Positions 51,786 to 62,953 of a DNA stretch of 64,000 nucleotides are shown here, piece after piece; within the stretch, counting starts at the first letter, position 1; each line of letters begins with the position of its first letter. The notes under the pieces were generated by a model, which made no database searches, was not told the DNA's origin, and worked only from the letters and a program-made list of their open reading frames with translations. Position numbers and translations under genes: made by a program. The stretch is from Trichosphaerium sp. ATCC 40318 (taxonomy: Eukaryota > Protista > Tubulinea): positions 124,001 to 188,000 of the forward strand of contig JALMLS010000377.1 of the NCBI GenBank assembly GCA_038496445.1, given 5' to 3'.

Positions 51786-54700
51786 TCAGTTTTTTTTAGG
51801 TTTTTCTGTTTCCTCCTGAGGGACTTCTTCTTGGTGAGCACGCTCTGAATCGTCAATAAAGTTATCATCTAGCAACTTAATTGCCTGTGATTTCGTCAAT
51901 GATTCTCCTTCTTGCATTATAGAACCGATACGAAACTCAGGTTCAGGAATTCCATCAATACTCTCTACATTGTCTCCCATTGGTGGTGTGTGAACTTCAA
52001 TCGTTTTACCTATTATAGCAATAAGAGGTAGGTTACTTGTTATGAGTTGTGAGTAATTACCATCCATGCCAAACGCAGATTCCATTGCTTGAGTAATTTG
52101 ATCAGATAAATCTCCAGCATTACTATTACCATCACCTTCAGTAGTTTGGAGCATTATGGTCTTAACGCCATTATTATCTACTATTTTAAAGTTTACATTG
52201 GATCCTGTTATCTCCTACATACGTAGGTGTTAATAGTTTATAATATTGTTTAAATTTTTATTTAGCGAGAAAAAAGAAAGAAAAAGAAAAAAGAGCTTAC
52301 CTGAGCTATGTTGTTCATGTCAATTTTTCCAGCGAACATTGACTTTATGGCTTTGCTTAGATCATCTGGAGATATTATTTGCACGTCTGCCTTTTTTTGT
52401 TGTTCTATAAGTTTAGCCGTTTCTGCGACTTGCGCAGCGATCTCTTCTATTGTAGTGACTAAAAAACATGTCAGCTAAAACGCTCAACACCACAGCCATT
52501 ATAACAAATTACAATCAAAGTTGTTTTTAGTGAAAATTTCGAAAAGAACGTAACGTTCCTTCGTCCAATAGGTATAAGTCATTGTACCCAAGTATATCAG
52601 CTACCGTAGGATCCAATCTCGGGCACGTAGTTCGTAGCTGTTGGGATCGCGGTGTGTACGCCACAGTACTATTTTTACCAATTTCAAAGAACTCATATTT
52701 CAAAGGTAGCAAGTGACCCTGTTAAAAGTATTAGCTTGCTGAGAATGTGTTCTGGAGTCTAACATCATACCTCAGTGTTAAATACATAGTTTTCGTGGAA
52801 CATATTGTCTTCGTCAAATAGCAAGTAAAGATACTTTGAAGTTTCTGCCAGAAAGAAGCTTTCCATTTTGTCATCTGTTGGAAAGAAAAAAGTGAGAAAG
52901 TCGCTTGTAGATTATGAGTCTACTTACCAAGTTCGTGCGTTTTAACATCTTTAACATTTGCATATCCGCATTCCTGGAATAATTTTAGATTAACAGTCAT
53001 AGAAATGGCAATAACTTAAAAAACCAGAACGTACGGTTCTACAGAGTGTTGAAATGGAAAGAATCATTTCATCTCCAAATTGGTGCCAGATATCATTCGG
53101 TACAGCCTTTTGATTGTTAAGAGTGATCTTGTACAGCGATATTTACCTTTGATAGGTAGTGTAAGCTTTCGGCCATCTCGGGTCTCAATGGATAACTTTG
53201 ATAACAGTAAATTAAGGAAATACTAGAAACAATATTTTACCTTTGTTGTCCATCTTGTACAGCTGCTGAAATGAGATTAAACGCTTCAGGAATAAACCCA
53301 TAACGTCTCCACACTCCGAAAAAAGCCTCAGCAGTTTCTTGTGCTTCTACTAAGTCACCATATAGCACTTGTAGACCTGGCCAAAACGCTTGCAAGCTAA
53401 AATATTTAGACCAAGAAAAAAGACGGAAAGAAGTTTTGTACCTATTGAATAATGGCCACACGACAACTCCTTTGTACATATCTACATCCACATACCAGGG
53501 CCTTCGTTTCACCAGCTTGTTAATATATCCATAAGCCTGCTGAAAGATATCCAAGTATTCGATGTCGTTGAACATGATACTTGCTTTCAGCAAGTATTCA
53601 AAGAAGCTGTCAGCACCAGCACCAATGCCAGATTCACGCAATGTCCATTGCTACAATACGTACTTATTCAGACTGTCCCAAGATGGATGTAACTTACCCC
53701 AGAAGCGCTATCAATATGGTTTCCTATCAATCCTAATGGCGAACGGCGGTTCCAAACACCTCGTATAGCATCACGTGCAGCACTCTAGGTAATCATTAGT
53801 ATTAAGAAATCATATAGCATGTAACGTACGTCATATTTGGGATCACCAGTAAGGTGGCTAAGTAATCCAAACCTTGCATTGCAATTAAAAAACACCTTGA
53901 TTCCAGAATCCTACGCACTCTAAAGCAAATGTACCAGCGGCAGCTGTACATGTCACTGGTGTTTCATTTACTGGTACTCCATATCTAAGGTTAACCTACC
54001 CCTTTATCTTTAAAAAAACACAAGAAAATACTATTGATTTTTCTTTTAACATACACTTCCATAAGGAATACTTGTCAGTGTGTCAAAAGCAGGTAAGAGT
54101 CTATCGACCAAGTCTACCTAGGAGAGTTGGTTATATGAACCGACGAATTTGTTTTCTTTGCACCTACACTCATGTCTAGTAGTTCATTGTTGTAAGTACG
54201 ATCCATACTATCAAGCAGAGGTAAACCACTATCAGTTATCATGAGATGTGCAGAGAGAAGTCCTAAGGATTGTTGAATGAGTATGTTTTGGATTATAATG
54301 AGTGTGCGTACCGCCCACTACACGTATGTTTGTTTCAAAAACTGACACAGTTAGGTTTTTATCAAAGTTGACATTATCAATTAACCACCATATTTGTTTT
54401 GCGAATTCAGTGTAATTGCCCATCACTATCACACGTCACTTTTTAAGAAAAATGAACCAATGCGTTGTTATATGTATTGGCCGTTTACGGTTCGGTGTAC
54501 GTTCAAAGGGTGAAATGGTAATGTTTTATTTTTACGTACCAACAAGTGTGTCAAGCGCGTCTATTAACGTAAGGGAGTAGCTACAACGAATCAGTCAACG
54601 TTACACGTGGCAATTGAGCTCGTACCTTCCCCATCTATCATGACCTTTGCATGACAGTGGCTTTAGCTCGTCTAAAGGAAAGGCATGCTGCATATAGTTG

Positions 54701-54870
54701 TCATAGCCCCAATAGAACATTTCTTTTACTTTATCGCTGTAAGGTACTAAGTACGTGCGTATTTGATGCTCTTACCGTAAAATTGCTTTTTTTTGTGTAG
54801 ACATAGGCGCTACAGCGTGGATCATAAACAACAAGCATACAGCAACAAGCGCCGCTGTATATGCGGCCAT
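51786..54870 (-). CDS. EDEM2: EDEM2-like GH47 alpha-1,2-mannosidase
   Basis: Signal peptide; [90 protein letters not shown]. Confidence 0.88.
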
Positions 54871-54947
54871 GTTTTTGATCTGTAACGACAATTTATAGTT
54901 GACTAATTGTAGACTTTGTTTTTCAGGATTTGAAGTCATACTGGCAC

Positions 54948-57900
54948 ATGTTCCAAGCCCTTGGCGCGCGTACTTTAGCGCATAGAAGCGTACAAAAGGT
55001 TATCAGTTGCAGGGTGCGCAGTTGATGTATTTCACGCAAAAATACTTGAATACGCTTTAAAACGTTATATTTATCATATTTTAGGTATCTCGGACCTCTG
55101 TGACGCCTACTTCACGTACGCAATTACTTTAACCCCAACTCACTAGATAATAGGTTCAGTATTAAAAAACGGGTTAACGCAGGTGAGAAATCAAACGCGA
55201 AGTTACAGAAAGAGTTTCCTTGTGTGGGATGACAAAAAAGTGCCTGGTACGCATATTCTTCGCGATGGAACTCATTGTATCAGAAAATGAAACAAAAACT
55301 GAGGAAAAGACAGAAAGCGACAATTCGGTGTTTAAGTAAGACACTCCTATCCTTTTTAACGTGCTCAAACTAATAATAAGGTCTGACGATGACACTCACA
55401 AAGAATACTTGAAAAATCAGTATCGTGAGGAACAAATCGCCGAAATGAACGCAAACAAGAATGTCGAAGCCAAAGAGGAGCCAACAGAACCAAAAAAAGG
55501 GTCATGGTTTGATGTGTTCGGGGGCAAGAAAGAAGACAAAGAAGATAAGAAGGATGATAAACAAACAGAAGGCAAGGATGGCGAAGGAAAAGTTGCCACG
55601 ACTGGCGATGGAGATAAACCAGTAACTGAGGAAGGAGAAAAAAAAGATGGCGAAGAGAAAACAGAAGAAGCCATTGAACCAGCGAAGCCTGAGGTAGGAT
55701 AAGGTCGACAATAATGGGTTTGTATTTCTCAAACAGTTTAATAGTTTCCTCCTTGGAGCAAGTGGAACATTGATGTATTTACTGTTGCTTTTATGGCAGC
55801 ATTTGGTGTTTTATACGCCTACTTTTCTCTCACTGGTAAGTGGAATATTTGCAATTCGTGTTCCTCGCTGTGGTTTGACATTTGCTTAAGATGAAAAAAT
55901 TGAAAGATACAACCAATGGATACGATGGGCTTGGCATAATGACCAAACTAAAGCAATGGGAAAATTTGAGAGGATGTTATTCCTTGAACGTATGCTTTAA
56001 TTTTTAACCTAACATTTCAAAAACCAAAAATTGAAAACAAATCAATGCAGCTCACCCACTTCTTCGCTTTCCTGACTGCGTGACCACATGTGCTATGTTG
56101 TTTATAAGCGCATCCTCCTTAGTGTAGTGGTTTAGCACGGTAGCCTGTCACGTTGCCAACCCGGGTTCGATTCCCGGAGGAGGAGTTTCAAACATAAATT
56201 TGTTTTTGAACCTTTTTGGACTTGAACATTTTTTTCTCCTCAACTTACAATATTCTAGGTTTTGGTATACCAATGGCTGGTCGCTTAGCTAAATCAGATG
56301 CAGTAGAAGTTTTAATCAATACAGTCTGGAATGTGCGCAATGACGAACATGTCAAGCAGAGAGCCTTAGATGTCCTTTGTACTATGTCTATGTACAGTAC
56401 GTCAAAGATAGTTGTTCTTTATGTTTAATAGTTAAAAATAGAGGAAACAAGAGATCAAATAATTGAGCAAAACATTGTAGAAGTTTTATCTCATATTATT
56501 GAACCAAATCAACTTCATGCACTTTTTTTACTTGCAAATATATCAGAAGATCAAGCTGGTTGTGAGCAGATTTTAGATGATCAAAATATAATGCATAGGC
56601 TTATTAAAACATGGCAAATTGTTACACGTCAAAAAAATAGAGGATTTAAAGATAGATATCACCATAGAGCTCTTCTTAGATTATTTTCAAACTTATCAAA
56701 GAACCGTAAGTTGTTTTTTTTCTCTGAAATTTCAGAAAAACCACGTGCAAGATTTTGAAATTGAAAATTTTGGTTACCACGTGGTAACGTTGCTTACTTT
56801 GTTTTCTTCTTCAGTTCAAATAAAAAACCCATTCCCTAACTCTTTGCTCTAGCTGAAAATTGTAAAAAACTTGGCACCTACACACCAGAGCTCGTAAGCT
56901 TGCTTTCTTATGATTATCCTATGGTATGTAGAATGTTGGTTTTAAGCGTTTTACAAATAGGAAAATAACACTGTAATGTTTAGGATTTTGTTGTTGGAGA
57001 ACACTTGAAGCGTTTATCAATTTACCTAGGCAATTTTAATCCAGGTGCATTTGGTGACCTTAAATGCTTTGATAAAACCATCTCCCCTGAAAACGCAGAC
57101 TCTTCTCTTCTATACCGTTACAGAAGTACGCATAAAATAATATCACTTTATTTGTTACTTACATTCTTCGTTTGCATAGACGTTCTTACAAATATGAGCT
57201 TAGTTCTCGGCGCAGGCGCATTCTGGGGTGCACGTAGCACTATTGTATCCCTTTTACATTTTTGTTGTTTCTTTTTTTAAAGCACTTTGTGTATTGATTC
57301 CTTGACAAAAAGAAATCTACGAGAAAATTTAAGCCGCACACTGATATACAAAAAGCTTGGATAAAAAGAACAGTTGCTTTTACTCCACTAGTGGCAGTTG
57401 GACTTTCTTGTATTCTTCATTATGCCATGCCTTTCATTACATCAAAGATAGCAGATCAGTTACCACTTGAACATGAAAGAGAGGTAATAATAACCTTTTG
57501 TGTACTTTTTGCTTCTTTTCTTATGTTCTTACTTTGTTCTTTAGTTAGCTGCTTTACAGGCTTCGTACTTGGCATTACCTATTGTATACTTTTTTGCTCT
57601 TCCATTTGGACCATACGCTACATTACCTAGTTTGGTGCAAGTAGAGACCTTCAGGTAAGTGTTGGAATTTTTAGCTGGTTTTTTTCCTTGTATTCTCGGA
57701 CTGTTCTAAAAAAGGTTTGTAGGGAGAATAACCCTCCTTTATACTTGCGCCTAGAACCTGCTATAGATACTTTCCTATTTGTTATGAAGTATAATTGGAT
57801 TTACCGCATTGTACGTGGCTACGAGGTATTTTGGCTTTGAATGAAGCTTATTTTCTTTTTCAGGATTTGGAAGAAATGTTACAACCAAGAAGAGAAGAAT

Positions 57901-58118
57901 ACACTGATTGGATATATGGTGTTTCACCAGAAGAAAATCTTGCTGCGAAGAACGCTACTATGGCTAAAATTACAGAAATGTATGCAGAAAGCGCAAGACG
58001 TGATAAAAGACAGCGTATTATTGACGAAAAAAAAGCAGAAGCATTTAGAGCATTACTACAAAAAAACAAGCCACCTGCACTAAACACAGATGAGCCAGAA
58101 CCACAAGTAAACGAATGA
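54948..58118 (+). CDS. hypothetical ARM/HEAT-like repeat membrane protein with mitochondrial-type N-terminus
   Basis: MFQALGARTLAHRS start, E/K/D-rich linker, ARM-like segments (VKQRALDVLCTMS, ALFLLANISE), hydrophobic segments. Confidence 0.55.
56050..56211 (+). repeat. inverted duplicate (copy B) of the ~165-bp tRNA-Asp locus
   Basis: Matches reverse complement of 51377-51541 with a few flank substitutions/indels. Confidence 0.9.
56113..56185 (+). tRNA. tRNA-Asp(GTC), intronic
   Basis: Complete cloverleaf, GTC anticodon, G73; inside intron 55990-56258 (splice c|gt restores the frame ..LE-R-FGIPM..). Confidence 0.93.
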
Positions 58119-58214
58119 TAAATAATAAAAAACGACGTGGAAAAAAATGAAGCCGAAAAACAAACAAAAACTTGTTGTAGAGGTATTTAATCATAGTCAT
58201 TTATTTTGCTATTC

Positions 58215-59466
58215 TTATTGTTGTGGTTTGTTTGGATAGTCTTTGTCGAAAGGTTGGTTGTTGTCAGCGCGTAAAATATACTACAGTAAATGAGTTATAA
58301 TCAAAAACTGAAAAAGCAAGAAAAAAGGGAATCAAGTTTTTTGGTTTTTTTTATCCATCTTGCGTGCCTTAAAGTATTTTGGCGCAATAACGCCATCAAT
58401 GCCTTGTGATAGTATAACATTATTTGCCGATAACTGGAAGGGAATCTAAATGGTACAGAGATCAGGTTAAAACTTACACTATAAAATCTTAATTAATTCT
58501 TACCTTGTCGGCCAGTGCTTTTTCAATGTCAATGTATACAAGCACTTGGCATGACTGGCGCATACCAGACGTAACAATTTTGCTATTGAATTTACCTAAA
58601 AACCAACTGTCAGGAGATTCTTCGATGTTTGCAAAGAACAACAAAAAAAGGCATTATTTGATCTCGTAGATAATAGAAACTTTTGAGTCAAATCACGTGT
58701 CCAAAGCAGCTTTCTTTAATATCAAAATGGGCGCAAAGTGTTGTAATATCATAGATCAATGTAAGCTGCATAAAGTTGCTACAGTCACGTAGTATGCACA
58801 GCAAAAAAAGGCAAATAAAGATTGGTAAACGTCAAAATCCCAGTTGCAGAAACTGTTCTTGTTTGATGTTAAAATAAGTGTACCAAAGGTGAAATGAATG
58901 TGTTGTCTTGTCATTTTGTTTAAACCAGTTTTCTTTATGTTCTCCCATGCTTTAAAGTAGGTTCCATGCATTACCTCACGCATTTGTTCTGGCAAGTCAT
59001 CTATTGTATTTATCCTTGTTTTTATTAGCAACCAAGCATTATAAAGCACTGACGCACTGGTCCATAGTAACTTGAACGTTTTTTAGCCTAATGTGTTATG
59101 AGAATTAAAATTCTATGCGTTAATATCATTTTCGTACGAATGGCCTTGGTTTGCGCGTATGTAGAGAGTGTGATTAATTGTTTCAAGACTAAACCGCTTT
59201 TTACTGCACGAATCCACCATATGTTGTATGTGTTGTAGGTTTACGGGCGTTCCGAACTCTCTGCGTAGTTTTGTAATAGAAGGGTTTTTAAGTAGGTCAT
59301 CGACGACCACAAAGCCATCACTTCGCATTTTTAGCTTTGCTAATCACTATTAATGCGCTACATGATCAATTCTTCTTAAAATACCTTTAACAGCACCATG
59401 CCTCAATAAATAAGTCGCTGCTTTGGATAATCGTGTTTGTTGTGAACGGGATAGCGTTGCTGCCAT
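58215..59466 (-). CDS. TPT1: tRNA 2'-phosphotransferase (Tpt1/KptA)
   Basis: LSKAATYLLRHGA, MRSDGFV, KKRFSL, IRANQGHS, HGT, GLNKMTRQHIHF, SGMR, SANNVILSQG. Confidence 0.93.
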
Positions 59467-60268
59467 CTTTATCTTTTATAATTTGTGGTTGTTGGTGAAA
59501 CTTGGTATTAATTTAATTCACTGACTACCAAAAAATTCGCTGTATTTCATTTTTTGGAAAACACGTCATTTTTTATTTACCACGTGTCATGTGGCCAACA
59601 AACGAAATTACTCAATTAATCTCAAGCTCATGGCTGTTATGTAGGTACACGAGTAACAATAGCCTCAAGGTGGGTGCAGATAGGCTAACTAGCTTCATTC
59701 CGCCGTTTTCGTGCCAGCTTGTTTTTCGTACTTCCGGACTTGCACTGTTGTATTTTTGTGTAGTAAGATAGTAAGATTTTTTTCCTTCAATATCGTGAGT
59801 TCTTGGACGTGCTGCTTTCAATAAATGTTCAAGCGTGATATCGACTTGAGAAACGACATACGTCTGTTTCAAAATTTGTTGTAACTCCTGTCATCTTTTT
59901 ACAGTATCTCAACACCTCCCTTGGCTTCAGTATTCCTTTCTAAGTGCTCCTAAGCTGTCCTAAACCATGCCTTCTGTAATGTAGTGCTATATTATGTCTG
60001 TAAGTAGACGTTCAATTTGACATAATAAACGAGGTTTGCAAAATACTGACCACTTTGTCCACCAAAGTCTCTGCACCCTAATTCTCGTAGCTAACCTTGC
60101 AAGTGTTGATTACCTTAAAGTAACAAAGGAATTTGGGTCAGTGTAGAGTAAGACAATTTCGAATCAAAAGAGGTATGTGTTTCTCAATTAGGAAAGTGAT
60201 TGATTGAAAACAACACTTTTCTAAAAAAACACAGGGTAAACACCTCAAGCTAGCGGTAACACTACAAT

Positions 60269-62143
60269 ATGGAAACACCTTCCAACAACAAGGTAAGTAC
60301 TTCTTGTTATCAAGTTTTTATCGCTTTGTTACTTTGTTGCGCTGTTGAGCTAATAAAGCTTCAAATAGATAAATACATATCAACACAGCACAGTAATCGA
60401 TTATTAAACCTTCCAATGGAGTTGCAACTTGATATTATCGATCTAGATCCTGAAGTGTTCTTAAAATGGCCATTGCTTTCAAAACAAGCAGCGACATCAA
60501 CGAGATTTGATGATAATTTGAAGAAACATGGAAAATGGAAGCAGTTTAGAGTTGAGTATCAGGACAACAATATCATCTTGGCACCTACAGTCATACGTCA
60601 AGAGTACTGGAGTCATGGTAAGATGAATGGTTCGTATAAAGAGTGGCACGACAATGGTGAACTATGGATACAATGCTCATGTCTCAATGGTAAACAACAT
60701 GGCGAGTACAAACAATGGTATGACAACGGCCAACTAGAACTACAATGTATGTATGTAAATGGTATAAAAGAAGGAGACAATTATCAATGGCATGAAAATG
60801 GTCAATTGTGGATCCAAAGTTTCTGTATCAATGGTAAGCTTGATGGAGACTACAAACAATGGCATAAAAATGGCCAGCTAGACATACAATGTACATATGT
60901 TGATGGTCAACAAGATGTAGAGAAAAAGCGTACAATAGCACAGTTGCGTGACGAGTGCACGGGAGACTACAAGGCATGGTATCCAAACGGACAATTAGAA
61001 GTACATTGTAATTATTTCAATGGCAAAGTAGATGGGGAAGTCAAATGGTGGCATGAGAATGGGCAGTTGTACGAACACAAGTACTATACAAATGCAAAAC
61101 TAGATGGAGAGTACAAGAGCTGGTATGAAAGTGGTACTTTAAGTGAACACAGTAAGTATGTGAATGGTGTTTGTGAAGGTGAACTCAAGTATTGGCATGA
61201 AAATGGTCAGTTGTCACACCATGTGCACTATGACAACGGTAAACAAGATGGAGAGGTCAACGAGTGGTTTGAAAACGGCCAATTGAAGCATAAGGTAAAT
61301 CTCATAAATGGCGAGGAGGGAGGAAATCTCAACGAGTGGTTTGCAAATGGCCAATTGAAGCTTCGGGCCAATTCCGTTAATGGCAAGCATGTAGGGGAGT
61401 ATATTTCTTGGCATGAAAATGGCCAAATGGAGCTCAAGGTAGTTTTTGTAAATGGCAAACGGGAAGGGAAATTGAGAAGTTGGTATGAAAATACCCAATT
61501 GAAGACTGAGATATTCTATGTGAACGATAAAGTGGCTGGAACGCATACAGATTGGTTTGAAAATGGTCATGTGAAGTGCAAGTACAACTATGTTGATGGT
61601 TTAAGAGAAGGAGACGCAATAGGTTGGTATGAAAACGGCCAAATGAAAGAGAAAGAGAGCTACGTAAATGACAAATTACATGGAGAGGTCATGTTCTGGC
61701 ATGAAAATGGTCAAATGTCACAGAAATCCCACTTCGTCCATGGAATAAGAGAAGGAAAACTCAATAGCTGGCAAGAAAATAGCCAAATGAGTTTGCAGTG
61801 CTACTTTGTAAACGGTAAACAAGAAGGCAAGAGAATGGAATGGCATCACGACGGCCGATTGAGTTTAGAGTGTTTCAATATCAATGACAAAACTGAAGGA
61901 ATCGTCAAAGAGTGTGACGACTTTGTGATGATAGAGTATTTTGTCATCAATGGTAAAAAAGAAGGAGAGTATAAAGAGTCGTATAATGAGCACGTTGTGT
62001 TTCATTACTATTACGTCAATGACGTAATGGTAGAAGAGTCCAGGATAAGGAATCAAAGAGTTATGGAAAGGCTGGAACAGGCATTCCGAGACAGTTTTAC
62101 TTTGGAGCGTAATTTTGTCACCCCACCTGCTCAAAGATCTTGA
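60269..62143 (+). CDS. MORN-variant (MORN_2/YwqK-like) repeat protein with F-box-like N-terminus, copy 1
   Basis: About 20 repeats of 24 aa (NGK.DGEYK.WHENGQL); LLNLPMELQLDII resembles an F-box start. Confidence 0.85.
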   Translation: METPSNNKVSTSCYQVFIALLLCCAVELIKLQIDKYISTQHSNRLLNLPMELQLDIIDLDPEVFLKWPLLSKQAATSTRFDDNLKKHGKWKQFRVEYQDNNIILAPTVIRQEYWSHGKMNGSYKEWHDNGELWIQCSCLNGKQHGEYKQWYDNGQLELQCMYVNGIKEGDNYQWHENGQLWIQSFCINGKLDGDYKQWHKNGQLDIQCTYVDGQQDVEKKRTIAQLRDECTGDYKAWYPNGQLEVHCNYFNGKVDGEVKWWHENGQLYEHKYYTNAKLDGEYKSWYESGTLSEHSKYVNGVCEGELKYWHENGQLSHHVHYDNGKQDGEVNEWFENGQLKHKVNLINGEEGGNLNEWFANGQLKLRANSVNGKHVGEYISWHENGQMELKVVFVNGKREGKLRSWYENTQLKTEIFYVNDKVAGTHTDWFENGHVKCKYNYVDGLREGDAIGWYENGQMKEKESYVNDKLHGEVMFWHENGQMSQKSHFVHGIREGKLNSWQENSQMSLQCYFVNGKQEGKRMEWHHDGRLSLECFNINDKTEGIVKECDDFVMIEYFVINGKKEGEYKESYNEHVVFHYYYVNDVMVEESRIRNQRVMERLEQAFRDSFTLERNFVTPPAQRS

Positions 62144-62419
62144 CTTCTTCCGTTCGGTAGTGATTGCTTCTGCTACGCCGTTTGTATGCCAAAAAAAAGA
62201 AATGTAGAAAAAAAAAAAAAGATTAAACATTCATCCTTTCAATACAACTATTGTTTATTGCAATCAAAGAATCCTACTCCAGTTCTTAGGTTTACATTGT
62301 ACCAATTCTATAAAAGAATTCGAGAAAACAGTATCAACTTTTACTCACCACGATACAGCTACCTTGGTTGAGTGTCTTTACCTAATGCATGCTTTAGGAA
62401 GAGGGGTACCAGAGCGCTA

Positions 62420-62610
62420 AATAAAACTTATAATAGAGGAGAGCTCTATGACAATGGTGTGCAGTGTTGCCGCAGGCAACTGGTAGGCTAAGAACTATGG
62501 GTGTTGCTATGAACGACTAAGAGGATGGAATGCTTCAACTACTGGTATATTGCTTAAAGAGTGCTCAAGAGCAATGACAAAACAGAAGGTATTATCAAAC
62601 TCTGCGTAGT
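62420..62610 (+). pseudogene. degenerate fragment of a MORN-repeat gene
   Basis: 62520-62606 (aagaggatggaatg...aatgacaaaacagaaggtattatcaaa) aligns to 61830-61915 of copy 1 but is frameshifted. Confidence 0.55.
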
Positions 62611-62953
62611 GATATATGATGACTGGGATAACAGATATTGTCGCCAAAGAAACATAAAAGTTGCTAAATCAATACTAAAAATGCCAAACTCAAAAAAAAT
62701 ACAAGCCAACAAAAAAATACACTATCCAGGCAATGTGAAAATAAATTGTCAATCGGTATTTGATAATCTAAAACAGAAGGAAATTCACATATAATAAACG
62801 ATATTGGTTACTTATCAGTTTATATTTTGTTCGAAAGTAGATTGATCAATCAAAGTTTAAGTTGATTGAAATAGTCATTTTATTTACTAAACACAAGGAT
62901 CGCAACACTACAGAAATAACCAATACCCAACTAGAGACAGACCTAACAATATT

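Noticed and set aside
49229-58630. Shared 12-mer TCTTCGATGTTT in two long introns
   Set aside because: Many 12-mer matches are expected by chance in 64 kb of AT-rich sequence.
59589-60230. Short ORFs between TPT1 and the MORN genes
   Set aside because: No recognisable domain or consistent exon chain could be built.
61214-62230. Antisense ORFs over the MORN repeats
   Set aside because: By-products of repetitive codon usage on the sense strand.
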